Notes: generated by a model not told the origin, from the sequence alone. A stretch of 64,000 bases of DNA from Coleofasciculus sp. B1-GNL1-01 (GCA_040220235.1 JAVJTO010000084.1), one strand, 5' to 3'; positions 50,223-60,332 are shown, counted from the stretch's first letter. Numbers and translations: made by a program.

Positions 50223-53200
50223 ATGTTGCCTTTAAACCAGCCATCCTCTGCATCTGGAGTGCGAGTTGGTATCTTGCATTCCCAAACTGGCACAATGTCT
50301 CTGAGTGAGAGACCATTAATTGATGCAGCACTGATGGCGATCGCACAAATTAATCAAGCTGGAGGCGTTTTGGGTGAACCCATTGAGCCGCTTGTGGTTG
50401 ACGGTGCGTCTGATCCGGCAGAATTTGCCCGCCAAGCCCAACAACTGATTCAATTTGAGGGAATAACCACCATTTTTGGCTGTTGGACATCGGCTACCCG
50501 TAAAGCAGTTAAACCCGTCGTTGAGACGTTAAATGCTCTCCTCTGGTATCCGTTACAGTACGAAGGGTTAGAACAGTCTCCTAACATCTTTTATACAGGC
50601 GTTTGTCCCAATCAACAAGTGGAACCCGCCGTCTCTTGGTTACTATCTCACAAAGGAAAACGCTTCTATCTGCTGGGTTCTGATTATGTTTTTCCCCGTA
50701 CTTTAAATAAGATTATCACCTGCCAACTCAAGCAACAGGGTGGGGAAGTTGTTGGCGAAGAGTATGTTGATTTAGCAGAGACAGATTTTAGTGGCGCGAT
50801 CGCCCGCATTCAAGAAACTAAGCCGGATGTTGTTTTCAATACCCTAAATGGACAAGGCAATCAATTTTTCTATCGTCAATACCGAGACGCCGGAATAACT
50901 GCTGATCAGATTCCGATTCTGGCAGTCAGTGTCGCAGAAGTGGAGCTGCAAAGGATGGAAGATGCAGCAGTTGGACATTATGCCAGTTGGAGTTATTTCC
51001 AGAGTCTAAATACACCAGAAAATAAGCGGTTTGTGCAGGAATTTCAGGCGCAATATGGCACAAATCGGGTGACATCTGATCCCATTGAAGCGGCTTATAG
51101 TCAAGTTTTCCTGTGGAAATTAGCCGTCGAATCTGCCCAATCCTTTGCCGTGGATCAGGTGCGGTTAGCCGCATACAATCAACGTTTTGCTGCACCGGGG
51201 GGATTGATTCAAATTCAACCCAATCATCATCTGGGTAAACATTCCTATATTGGACAAGTTTTACCCGGTGGACAATTTCAGGTACTCCACAGCAGTCAAA
51301 CACCGATTAAACCGCTTCCTTGGTTAGGCGTTGAAGAACTCGACTTTAATCAATCAGACTTAGTGATTGAAATGTTATCTCAAGTCAGCCAAGGAGTTCA
51401 AGAAACCTGGCTTTCGGAGCAAAAATCTCGCCAACTTCAAGCCTTGACGCAAAAATTAAAGCAAGCCGAACAAGCCTTACGGGAAAGTGCGATCGCGCTG
51501 CGGAATCATAACCGCGTATTAACCCAATTAGCCAAAAGTCCCGCTATTCATCAAGGCGATTTAAACGCCGCTTTCGCTGAAATTACTCAAGCGGGTGTAC
51601 AGAGTTTAGGCGTTGAACGCACAGGGATTTGGTTATTTGACAAAACGGGGACGAAACTCCAATGTCTTGACTTATTTGACAAGAATCATAACCAACATAG
51701 TCAAGGGATTGAACTGGCTGTAGCAGAGTATCCTAACTATTTTCAAGCCTTACAACAGGATCAAGTTATTGCCGCTGATTATGCTAAAACTGACCCCAGA
51801 ACCCAAGAATTGGCAGCATCTTATTTAATTCCCTGTAATATCACCTCGGTTCTGGATGTACCGATTCAAATCCGAGGTGAAATCGCCGGAATCGTTTGTT
51901 TAGGAAAAGTGGGAACGATTCGCCATTGGACAGCAGAAGACCAGAATTTTGCCCGATCACTGGCTGATTTAGTCTCCTTAGCAATGGAAGCGCGAGAACG
52001 CAACCAAACTGAGTTAGCTTTAGCGGAAAGCCAACGGAGTTTGGCAACCTTAATGAGCAATATACCCGGTATTGCTTACCGTTGTCTGAATGACTCCGAT
52101 TGGACAATGCTGTTTATCAGTGAAGGGTGCTATAACCTCACAGGTTATTCCGTTGAAGCCTTCACCCAGCAAAAAATACTCACCTATAATCAACTGATTC
52201 ACCCTGACGATCAAGAGGCTGTATTTGAGCAGGTACAAACTGGTCTAGATCATCATGGTTCTTACCAACTGACTTACCGAATTATTACCGCAACTGGGCA
52301 ATTAAAGTGGGTTGGGGAACAAGGTCAAGGCATTTTGGACTCTGATGGTACATTGCTTTATCTAGAAGGTTTAATTACAGACATTACCGCTCAAAAACAA
52401 ACCGAAGCGGCGTTACGTAAAAGTGAAGAACGCTGGCAATTAGTTTTACAGGGTACTAAAGATGGTATTTTCGACTGGAATATGACAACTGACGAAATGT
52501 TTGTCTCTGCTTACTTGGCACAAATGCTAGGTTACAACGACCCAAATATAATCCACAACTACGAAACTTGGCATCGTCTTGTGCATCCGGAGGATATTGA
52601 GCCAACTTTAGCCCGATGGTACCAACATTTAGAACAAAAAACTCCCTACAAGTCTGAGTACCGGATGCGCTGCCAAGATGGTAGTTATAAATGGATTTTG
52701 GCACGGGCGCAAGTCCAATGGGATGAAAACGAACAGCCTGTACGGATGGTGGGTTCTCACCAGGATATCAGCGATCGCAAACAAGCAGAAGAAGAGGTAA
52801 AACTCTTATTAACCCTGTCTCAAGCCATTAATGCGGCGTCTGATTTTGATACGGCTTTAGAGGTAGCTTTACAGAAGTTATGTGAAATCACGGGTTGGAT
52901 TTATGGTGAAGCTTGGATTCCCTCTACCGATGAGTCAATTTTAATTTCTAGCCGTCGTTGGTATTGTCAACGCCAAGGACTTGATCCGGATTTGCACAAA
53001 GCCATTGAAGGTTTTCGAGAGTATAGTAAATTACTCACGTTTTATCCGGGAGAAGAGATTCCGGGACAGGTTTGGTTAACGCAACAGTCTCACTGGATCA
53101 GCGATTTGAGTCAAATTGATGATGTTTTGCTGCGATTGGAATCAGCATCAGATTGTGGTTTGAAAACGAGTTTTGGTGTACCCATTATTGCTAATGTTCA

Positions 53201-54359
53201 GCCGGAGCAACCGACACCTCAAGGTAACAGTTGTTTGCTGAGTTCTCCCTCTTCTGTGTTGGCAATTTTGGTGTTTTTCACCTATACCAACGGTTCAGAA
53301 GACCAGCGATTAAGCGATTTGGTGAATGGTGTGGCGGCGCAATTGGGAACGGTGCTGCAACAGAAGAAAGTACAAGCTGAAATGAAAGCGCTATTTGCCG
53401 CCATGACTGATATGGTGACAGTAAGAGATGTTTCGGGACGCTGTTTAAATATTATTCCCACGAAGGCGGCAAATGTTTACAAATTACCGGAGGCGATGAT
53501 CGGCAGAAAACTCGATCAGGATTTGCCACGCCCCCAAGCGGATCTGATTCTTCAGGGGATTCTCCAGGCAATATCAAGCCAGGAAACGGTTTCGATTGAA
53601 TATTCTCTCCCCATTGATGGCAAGGAAGTTTGGTTGGCGGAGACAATTTCTCCCCTGTCTACAGAAACGGCTATTTTAGTGGCACGAGATATTAGCGATC
53701 GCAAACAAGCTGAAGCAGAACTTTATTTAGAGAAACAAAAGTCAGAACAGTTACTTTTAAATATTTTACCGCAGCCGATTGTTGAGCAGTTAAGAAATAA
53801 TCCCGATGTAATTGCCGAACAATTTAACGATGTCACGATTTTGTTTGCGGATTTGGTGGGATTTACACCACTAGCGGCTCGGTTAAACCCAATTGAGTTA
53901 GTGAAATTACTCAATCAGATTTTTTCCCGGTTTGATCAGTTGGTCGATCAACTAGGATTAGAGAAAATTAAAACCATTGGGGATGCCTATATGGTAGCGG
54001 CTGGATTACCAATTCCTAGGGCTGATCATGCCGAGGCGATCGCACAAATGGCATTAGCAATGCAAGCGGCGATGAAACGCTTTCAAGTTGAACTGGGTGA
54101 GGATATTCAAATCCGCATTGGGATTAATACAGGAACGGTTGTGGCTGGGGTAATTGTAACGAAGAAATTTATCTATGATTTGTGGGGAGATGCGGTGAAT
54201 ATTGCTTCCCGGATGGAATCCTCGGGTGAAGCGGGACGGATTCAAGTCACGGAAGTCACATATCAGCGACTTAAACATCACTATCAATTGGAAAAACGAG
54301 GAGTGATTAATGTTAGGGGGAGAGGCGAAATGGTGACGTATTGGCTTCTGAGTAATTAA
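50223..54359 (+). CDS. Class III adenylate cyclase: UrtA/AmiC-like binding domain, GAF, PAS, PAS, GAF, PAS, cyclase
   Basis: VGILHS.TGTM..SE, WTSATRK, YPLQYEG, GSDYVFP; GAF (LDVPI..RG...G..C...R.WT); PAS (IHPDD, VHPED); VTILFADLVGFT, KIKTIGDAYM, YDLWGDAVNIASRMES. Confidence 0.92.
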   Translation: MLPLNQPSSASGVRVGILHSQTGTMSLSERPLIDAALMAIAQINQAGGVLGEPIEPLVVDGASDPAEFARQAQQLIQFEGITTIFGCWTSATRKAVKPVVETLNALLWYPLQYEGLEQSPNIFYTGVCPNQQVEPAVSWLLSHKGKRFYLLGSDYVFPRTLNKIITCQLKQQGGEVVGEEYVDLAETDFSGAIARIQETKPDVVFNTLNGQGNQFFYRQYRDAGITADQIPILAVSVAEVELQRMEDAAVGHYASWSYFQSLNTPENKRFVQEFQAQYGTNRVTSDPIEAAYSQVFLWKLAVESAQSFAVDQVRLAAYNQRFAAPGGLIQIQPNHHLGKHSYIGQVLPGGQFQVLHSSQTPIKPLPWLGVEELDFNQSDLVIEMLSQVSQGVQETWLSEQKSRQLQALTQKLKQAEQALRESAIALRNHNRVLTQLAKSPAIHQGDLNAAFAEITQAGVQSLGVERTGIWLFDKTGTKLQCLDLFDKNHNQHSQGIELAVAEYPNYFQALQQDQVIAADYAKTDPRTQELAASYLIPCNITSVLDVPIQIRGEIAGIVCLGKVGTIRHWTAEDQNFARSLADLVSLAMEARERNQTELALAESQRSLATLMSNIPGIAYRCLNDSDWTMLFISEGCYNLTGYSVEAFTQQKILTYNQLIHPDDQEAVFEQVQTGLDHHGSYQLTYRIITATGQLKWVGEQGQGILDSDGTLLYLEGLITDITAQKQTEAALRKSEERWQLVLQGTKDGIFDWNMTTDEMFVSAYLAQMLGYNDPNIIHNYETWHRLVHPEDIEPTLARWYQHLEQKTPYKSEYRMRCQDGSYKWILARAQVQWDENEQPVRMVGSHQDISDRKQAEEEVKLLLTLSQAINAASDFDTALEVALQKLCEITGWIYGEAWIPSTDESILISSRRWYCQRQGLDPDLHKAIEGFREYSKLLTFYPGEEIPGQVWLTQQSHWISDLSQIDDVLLRLESASDCGLKTSFGVPIIANVQPEQPTPQGNSCLLSSPSSVLAILVFFTYTNGSEDQRLSDLVNGVAAQLGTVLQQKKVQAEMKALFAAMTDMVTVRDVSGRCLNIIPTKAANVYKLPEAMIGRKLDQDLPRPQADLILQGILQAISSQETVSIEYSLPIDGKEVWLAETISPLSTETAILVARDISDRKQAEAELYLEKQKSEQLLLNILPQPIVEQLRNNPDVIAEQFNDVTILFADLVGFTPLAARLNPIELVKLLNQIFSRFDQLVDQLGLEKIKTIGDAYMVAAGLPIPRADHAEAIAQMALAMQAAMKRFQVELGEDIQIRIGINTGTVVAGVIVTKKFIYDLWGDAVNIASRMESSGEAGRIQVTEVTYQRLKHHYQLEKRGVINVRGRGEMVTYWLLSN

Positions 54360-54384
54360 GAATTGTTTAGCTAAATATAAAATT

Positions 54385-55047
54385 ATGGCACATATTATTC
54401 TTCTGGGTGATTCAATTTTCGATAACGCTGCCTATGTACCTGATGATTTACCCGTCATTGACTTGTTAAAAAATGTCTTACCCCAAGGGGATCAGGCAAC
54501 ACTTTTAGCCGTGGATGGAGATTCAATTCAGGAGATTGATTCGCAAATCCAGCGCTTACCCAAGGACGCCAGCCACTTATTTATTAGTGTGGGGGGTAAT
54601 GATGCATTACAGTATGGCTCCATCTTAGTTCAATCAACCCCATCTTCCCCAAAAATGTTGGACGCGATCGCAACGATGAAAGCAGAGTTTAACCGCAACT
54701 ATGAACAGATGCTGGACGCGGTGTTGTCACTGGATAAACCGACGGTACTCTGTACCATTTACGACCAATGTCCTCTCCTCGATCCAGCCATGGGTCTGTT
54801 AGAATTTACAGCGTTATCCATGTTTAATGATTGTATTACTCGACAGGCGGTTCAAGCGGGTTTACCCTTAATCGATTTGCGGGTGATTTGTAATGAAGTG
54901 ACAGATTATTCCACAGTTTCACCTATAGAACCCTCCATGGCTGGGGGACAAAAAATAGCCCGTGCGATCGCTACTGTTATGACTGAGCATAACTTTTCAG
55001 AACGGCGCACTGTTGTTTATGGATCGGCAAGATCCAGCGAAATTTAA
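54385..55047 (+). CDS. SGNH/GDSL hydrolase
   Basis: IILLGDSIFDN, SVGGND, PIEPS..GG.KIA. Confidence 0.85.
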   Translation: MAHIILLGDSIFDNAAYVPDDLPVIDLLKNVLPQGDQATLLAVDGDSIQEIDSQIQRLPKDASHLFISVGGNDALQYGSILVQSTPSSPKMLDAIATMKAEFNRNYEQMLDAVLSLDKPTVLCTIYDQCPLLDPAMGLLEFTALSMFNDCITRQAVQAGLPLIDLRVICNEVTDYSTVSPIEPSMAGGQKIARAIATVMTEHNFSERRTVVYGSARSSEI

Positions 55048-55065
55048 TCTAAAGTCCAGCGATGA

Positions 55066-55193
55066 AGCTGGGGGAGCAGAGGGAGCTGGGGAAGCTGGGG
55101 AAGATAAGAGAGCAAATGACAAAGGACGAATGACGAATGACGAATGACGAATGACGATCTGCACCGTTAGCTTTTATTGTGTCCACCTACTTA
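55066..55193. repeat. Composite STRR followed by a MITE family C right end
   Basis: (GGGGAGCTG)n, (AATGACG)n, then caccgttagcttttattgtgtccacctactta. Confidence 0.8.
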
Positions 55194-55285
55194 TTACAGC
55201 ACAAAAGTGAAATTTACCGATTATTGACCCTAAGTGTTGATATAATCGCTACTCGAACCACTACCAGGGTTGAGGTAAAAAAATC

Positions 55286-56527
55286 ATGTCAGACTGGCAG
55301 GAAATTACAGGTGGCGTCACAGCACCGAGAGGATATCGTGCATCTGGAATAGTAGCTGGACTTAAGCCTTCAGGACTGCCGGATTTAGCATTGATTGTAT
55401 CGGATGTGGAGGCGATCGCAGCCGGAGTCTTTACCCAGAATCAGGTTTGTGCTGCGCCTGTTACCTATTGTCGCCAGCGTTTGCAAAAAAAAGCCAGCGC
55501 CCGTGCTATTTTAGTGAACGCTGGTCAAGCGAATGCGGCAACCGGGGAAGCGGGGTGGCAAGATGCTTTGGACTCGGCGAAGGCATTGGCACAAGCCTTG
55601 AATATTGCTCCAGAGTCTATCTTATTAGGTTCCACGGGTGTGATTGGACAGCGTATTCGCATGGATGCCCTCCTCGCCGGAATTCCTCAATTGGTGGAAG
55701 GCTTATCAGAACTGGGTTCCAATGCTGCTGCCCAAGCGATTATTACCACAGATTTGGTGACAAAATCCATTGCCTTGGAAACCACGATTGACGATCGCCC
55801 CGTGCGGATTGGCGGGATTGCCAAGGGTTCAGGGATGATTCACCCGAATATGGCAACGCTGTTGGCGTTTGTTACCTGTGATGCGGTGGTTTCTACACCG
55901 TTATGGCAAAAAATGTTAAGTCGGGCGGCAGATAAAAGCTTTAATCAAATTACCGTCGATGGGGATACCAGTACCAACGATACCCTCATTGCCTTGGCAA
56001 ATGGTCAATCTCGCACCTCAGCGATTACAGAAATGGGACCCCATGCTGAAAAGCTAGAGGCGATGCTGACGGCGGTATGCCAACATTTAGCCAAGGCGAT
56101 CGCACGGGATGGGGAAGGGGCGACGTGTTTGATGGAAGTACAGGTTACAGGCGCACCCACTGATCAAGCAGCGCGTCAAATTGCCCGAACGATTGCGGGG
56201 TCATCCTTGGTTAAATCTGCCATATTTGGTCGTGATCCCAACTGGGGGAGAATTGCGGGCGCGGCGGGGCGTTCAGGTGTACCTTTTTCCCAAGAAGCCT
56301 TGCGGATTCAGATGGGGGATTTTGTGCTAATGGACAAGGGTCAACCTTTACCCTTTGACCGAGATGCGGCGAGTGCTTATTTGCAAAATGCCGCAAGTGG
56401 GGCGTATTTGAAAGAGGATACTGTTTTAATTTCGGTGAGTATTGGCAATGAGTCAGGTACGGGTAAGGCGTGGGGCTGTGATTTGAGTTATGACTATGTG
56501 AAAATTAATGCCGAGTATACGACGTGA
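55286..56527 (+). CDS. argJ: Bifunctional ornithine acetyltransferase/N-acetylglutamate synthase
   Basis: AGVFTQN, NAGQANAATG, STGVIG, KGSGMIHPNMAT, DGDTSTND, DGEGAT, YVKINAEYTT. Confidence 0.97.
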   Translation: MSDWQEITGGVTAPRGYRASGIVAGLKPSGLPDLALIVSDVEAIAAGVFTQNQVCAAPVTYCRQRLQKKASARAILVNAGQANAATGEAGWQDALDSAKALAQALNIAPESILLGSTGVIGQRIRMDALLAGIPQLVEGLSELGSNAAAQAIITTDLVTKSIALETTIDDRPVRIGGIAKGSGMIHPNMATLLAFVTCDAVVSTPLWQKMLSRAADKSFNQITVDGDTSTNDTLIALANGQSRTSAITEMGPHAEKLEAMLTAVCQHLAKAIARDGEGATCLMEVQVTGAPTDQAARQIARTIAGSSLVKSAIFGRDPNWGRIAGAAGRSGVPFSQEALRIQMGDFVLMDKGQPLPFDRDAASAYLQNAASGAYLKEDTVLISVSIGNESGTGKAWGCDLSYDYVKINAEYTT

Positions 56528-56596
56528 GGGCGATGGTTCGGTTCAGGGGGCGATTGTTTAGCCGATGATTCGGTTCAGGGGCGATTGTTTAATCAG

Positions 56597-56645
56597 GGGC
56601 GATTGAAATCGCGGCTACACAAACTAAACCCGCCTTCGCGGGTTC
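56597..56645 (+). repeat. Left REP-like double hairpin flanking tnpA
   Basis: GCGATT-GA-AATCGC, CTAC, AACCCGC-CTTC-GCGGGTT; inverted counterpart at 57261-57311. Confidence 0.8.
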
Positions 56646-56652
56646 AAGAAAT

Positions 56653-57066
56653 ATGAGGTCTAATTTTACGCAGTTGTATCTCCATTGTGTTTGGGCAACT
56701 TGGGATAGATTGCCTTTGATTACGAGCGATATCCAGGAGGCAGTTTATGCAGCAATTATTGGGGAATGCCAACAGCTAAAATGTACAGTTATTGCCTTGG
56801 GCGGTATTGAAGATCATGTACATCTATTAATAAGTTTTCCCCCTACTCTAGCGGTTTCCAACTTGATCAAACAAATTAAAGGAAGTTCTTCTCATTTAGT
56901 TACGAATGAAATCAAGCCAGGGGAATTCTTCATAAGGCAAGGCAGCTACGGCGCATTCAGTGTGAGCCATGATAATCTTGACCAGATAGCTAACTACATC
57001 AGAAATCAGCCGATTCACCATCGACAGAAATCAATAATTCCTACTTGGGAATTAATGGCTAACTGA
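56653..57066 (+). CDS. tnpA: HUH (Y1) transposase, IS200/RAYT-like
   Basis: LYLHCVWAT..R.P.I, HUH motif EDHVHLL, IKG.SS, YGAFSV, catalytic Tyr in YIRNQ. Confidence 0.9.
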   Translation: MRSNFTQLYLHCVWATWDRLPLITSDIQEAVYAAIIGECQQLKCTVIALGGIEDHVHLLISFPPTLAVSNLIKQIKGSSSHLVTNEIKPGEFFIRQGSYGAFSVSHDNLDQIANYIRNQPIHHRQKSIIPTWELMAN

Positions 57067-57091
57067 GCAATTAAATCATTCCTAGTGGTTA

Positions 57092-57193
57092 TATAGCAGT
57101 ACGCTCTCGCGTAGTTACAGTACAAGCGTTCTAAATCTCTCCTGATAAAGCCTCCATTCTTAATATGTAAATACACCAGCGCGTAGCGCTATA
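57092..57193. mobile_element. MITE with TATAGC ends, nested between tnpA and its right flank
   Basis: tatagcagtacgctctcgcgt ... accagcgcgtagcgctata imperfect TIRs. Confidence 0.55.
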
Positions 57194-57260
57194 AATTGTG
57201 TTTATATGATTATATGATGTGAAAACCTGCTTTTATTGGTTTCCGATAAAGTACAAGTTG

Positions 57261-57311
57261 CAAGTCCGCGAAGGCGGACTTTGTTTGTGTAGCTGCGAAT
57301 TCCATTCGCCC
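57261..57311 (-). repeat. Right REP-like double hairpin flanking tnpA
   Basis: aagtccgc-gaag-gcggactt, gtag, gcgaat-tcc-attcgc. Confidence 0.8.
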
Positions 57312-57340
57312 AGCTTGTTTAATCCACTAAGAACTTGGTC

Positions 57341-57874
57341 ATGTTTCACAGCCAACGTATTTCCGTTATCGGTACATCGGGTTGCGGTAAAACCACCTTA
57401 GCCCGCCAACTCTGCCAACGTCTTGCCATTCCCCATATTGAACTCGACGCCCTACACTGGGAAACCAATTGGACAGAAGTACCAACTGATATCTTCCGCC
57501 AACGGGTGGAAAACTCTCTCCAGCGCGATCACTGGATTGTTGATGGTAATTATAGCCAAGTCCGGGATATCATCTGGAGTCGCGCTGATACAGTCATTTG
57601 GCTCGATTACAGCCTAGTGGTAATGATGACACGATTGCTGCGGCGAACATGGCGACGGGTTATCCAGCAAGAAGAACTCTGGAATGGTAACCACGAAACC
57701 TGGACACTCACATTCAGCCGGGACTCTATTCTCTTATGGGCGCTGCAAACCTATAAAAAACGACGCCAAGAGTATCCGATTTTATTGACTCAATCCGCTT
57801 ACGCCCATCTCAATCTTGTCCATCTCAAATCCCCCAGGGAAACCTACAGTTGGCTGTCAACTTTGGCAACATAG
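57341..57874 (+). CDS. Adenylate kinase-like P-loop protein (FlaR/topology modulation family)
   Basis: RISVIGTSGCGKTTLA, ELDALHW..NW, WIVDGNY, ADTVIWLD. Confidence 0.85.
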   Translation: MFHSQRISVIGTSGCGKTTLARQLCQRLAIPHIELDALHWETNWTEVPTDIFRQRVENSLQRDHWIVDGNYSQVRDIIWSRADTVIWLDYSLVVMMTRLLRRTWRRVIQQEELWNGNHETWTLTFSRDSILLWALQTYKKRRQEYPILLTQSAYAHLNLVHLKSPRETYSWLSTLAT

Positions 57875-57925
57875 AAAGTGGGATAAGCTGATTCGCGATC
57901 GCTCTACCACCACCCCTAAACCATC

Positions 57926-58294
57926 ATGCTCAAGAAAATCGGCATCGTCTGCCTAGCATTCCTGATCGGAATTCTCATCTTTGCCCCGTTAACCTCCGCC
58001 CAATCCACCGCCGCTTTAACCTCACGCCTCTCGCGCCTAGAAACCGAGAATTTCCAGTTGCGATCGCAAATAAACCGCATTGAGTCTCAGCTTGCTACCT
58101 TAACTCGACAAGTTCCCAGCCCAAATCGCCCTCTCAATCCCCCAACGCCAGCACCATCAGTCCCCCCCAGAACCCCACCGCGAGTCTTATCCTCTGATCA
58201 GAGGTTTAACCGACTCGCTACCCTAGTTATCGAACTCAAGGAACGGATTCAAGACTTAGAAGCCCAAGTCGCTGAAATCCAGGAACAATTGTAA
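57926..58294 (+). CDS. Secreted coiled-coil hypothetical protein
   Basis: Signal peptide, SRLSRLE..N..LRS...R.E, F.RLATLVIELKERI. Confidence 0.75.
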   Translation: MLKKIGIVCLAFLIGILIFAPLTSAQSTAALTSRLSRLETENFQLRSQINRIESQLATLTRQVPSPNRPLNPPTPAPSVPPRTPPRVLSSDQRFNRLATLVIELKERIQDLEAQVAEIQEQL

Positions 58295-58335
58295 TTGGTC
58301 GGGGCAGGTTTAGTTATATCTTAATATTGGGGTCA

Positions 58336-58403
58336 GGTCAGGGCGGGTTTTGCACAAACGTTATTATCCATAGCCAAACGAAAGTCCCTAAACCCGCCCC
58401 TAC
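58336..58403. repeat. REP doublet between convergent genes
   Basis: gggcgggtttt...aaacccgcccctac. Confidence 0.75.
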
Positions 58404-58421
58404 AAACCCTGCTTTTCCTGC

Positions 58422-59045
58422 TCACTTTTTTGCCTGAATCGCCTGCAAACTTCCCCCCGCATGGAGACGCTGTTCACAGGATGCAAATCCTGTCTGCTTC
58501 AGCAATCTCACCAAATCCGTCTCCAATAATTGCCACGCCGTTTCCGTTTCAAATAACCAGAGAAACAGGGCGACTCCCGGCATAAATAAACTATTAGTCG
58601 GCTTGTGAAAATCCACCAGCGCGAACACACCACCCGGTTTCAGCACCCGATACACTTCCCTAAGAATTTGCTGCAACACTGACGGTGGCATCTCATGGAG
58701 TGCTACACTGGTATGCACCAGGTCAAACTGATTTTCCGAAAACGGCATATTCTCGGCAAAGGCTTCTACATACTTGGCTTGAGGCACGTTCTTTTCGGCG
58801 CGTTGCAGTGATAAAGGTGAGACATCCAGTCCCGTGACATTCTGGGAATACTCCACCAGAAAGCGGGTCGCCTGACCCCCACCACAGCAGAGGTCTAACA
58901 CTTGCGTTTCTGAGTCAATTGTTAAGCCTTGCAAAGGCAGATGGTGAAATCGCCGTTCTCCACCCACACTGGTGGCAGCTAATCGAGAAATCGTGTCATA
59001 TAGCCATTGATACTTATAACTCAACGGTCTTAATACGGTTGCCAT
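58422..59045 (-). CDS. Class I SAM-dependent methyltransferase (UbiE/MenG-like)
   Basis: VLDLCCGGG, GLD.S, AE.MPF....FD, EVYRVLKPGG. Confidence 0.88.
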   Translation of the reverse strand: MATVLRPLSYKYQWLYDTISRLAATSVGGERRFHHLPLQGLTIDSETQVLDLCCGGGQATRFLVEYSQNVTGLDVSPLSLQRAEKNVPQAKYVEAFAENMPFSENQFDLVHTSVALHEMPPSVLQQILREVYRVLKPGGVFALVDFHKPTNSLFMPGVALFLWLFETETAWQLLETDLVRLLKQTGFASCEQRLHAGGSLQAIQAKK

Positions 59046-59109
59046 AGTTCTGCTAGGATCAAGAATCTAGATTTTTTCCGGAAAACTCAGACCATTACCA
59101 GCATATATT

Positions 59110-59127
59110 GTTAAAATCAGTAACAAA
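59110..59127. promoter_or_regulatory. Possible HLR1 (RpaB) site upstream of hemH
   Basis: GTTAAAAT-CA-GTAACAAA; one mismatch per half to (G/T)TTACA(T/A)(T/A). Confidence 0.4.
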
Positions 59128-59156
59128 TATGAAATATTTGGAATGTCGTGGTCGCT

Positions 59157-60320
59157 ATGGGTCGTGTTGGGGTATTATTACTTAATTTAGGTGGACCGGA
59201 TAATTTAGAGGATGTCCGCCCCTTTCTGTTTAATCTATTTGCCGATCCCGAAATTATTCGCCTGCCATTTTCGTGGATGCAAAAGCCCCTGGCTTGGTTA
59301 ATCTCGACAATGCGGGCAAAGAAGTCGCAAGAGAATTACCGCCAAATTGGTGGAGGTTCACCCCTGCGGCACATTACTGAAGCCCAAGCCCAAGCTTTAC
59401 AGGAACAGTTAAAGCGCCATGGGCAAGAGGCGAATATCTATGTGGGTATGCGTTACTGGCATCCCTTCACCGAGGAAGCGATCGCCCACGTCAAACGCGA
59501 TGGCATTGAACACCTGGTCATTTTACCCTTATACCCCCAATTTTCCATCAGTACCAGTGGTTCCAGTTTCCGGCTTCTGGAACAACTTTGGCAGGACGAT
59601 GCTAAACTCAACCAACTGGAATACACGGTCATTCCCTCTTGGTATCAAGAACCGGGCTACCTGCAAGCCATGGCAGACTTAATTGATCAGGAACTGCAAC
59701 GGTTTGATGATCCTGACGCTGCTCATATTTTCTTCAGCGCCCATGGTGTTCCCAGTAGCTATGTCACAGAAGCTGGAGACCCCTACCAACAAGAGATTGA
59801 GCATTGCACAGATCTAATTATGCAGACGCTCAATCGCCCCAACCCTCATACCCTGGCGTATCAAAGTCGGGTAGGTCCTGTGGAGTGGCTGCAACCCTAC
59901 ACTGAAGATGCACTGAAAGAGTTAGGGAATCAAGGAGTCGAAGACTTGCTGGTTGTCCCGATTAGCTTTGTATCTGAACATATTGAAACGTTACAAGAAG
60001 TTGATATTGAATATCGGGAAATCGCCGAAGAAGCTGGAATTCAAAACTTCCAGCGAGTTCCAGCACTCAATACCCATCCCGTTTTTATTGAATCCCTCGC
60101 CACCTTAGTCGTAGATGCCTTAAACACGCCGCCACGAACATTTGCCGAAGTTGTGCGCCCCAGCAAAAAAGTTAAGATGTATCCCCAAGAACGTTGGGAA
60201 TGGGGTATGACAACAGCGGCTGAAGTCTGGAATGGTCGTTTGGCGATGATTGGCTTTCTAGCTTTAGTTTTGGAGTTAATTAGTGGTCAAGGACCACTTC
60301 ATTTTGTGGGATTGTTATAA
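59157..60320 (+). CDS. hemH: Ferrochelatase with C-terminal CAB/HLIP domain
   Basis: [51 protein letters not shown]. Confidence 0.97.
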   Translation: MGRVGVLLLNLGGPDNLEDVRPFLFNLFADPEIIRLPFSWMQKPLAWLISTMRAKKSQENYRQIGGGSPLRHITEAQAQALQEQLKRHGQEANIYVGMRYWHPFTEEAIAHVKRDGIEHLVILPLYPQFSISTSGSSFRLLEQLWQDDAKLNQLEYTVIPSWYQEPGYLQAMADLIDQELQRFDDPDAAHIFFSAHGVPSSYVTEAGDPYQQEIEHCTDLIMQTLNRPNPHTLAYQSRVGPVEWLQPYTEDALKELGNQGVEDLLVVPISFVSEHIETLQEVDIEYREIAEEAGIQNFQRVPALNTHPVFIESLATLVVDALNTPPRTFAEVVRPSKKVKMYPQERWEWGMTTAAEVWNGRLAMIGFLALVLELISGQGPLHFVGLL

Positions 60321-60332
60321 AATACTTCAATA

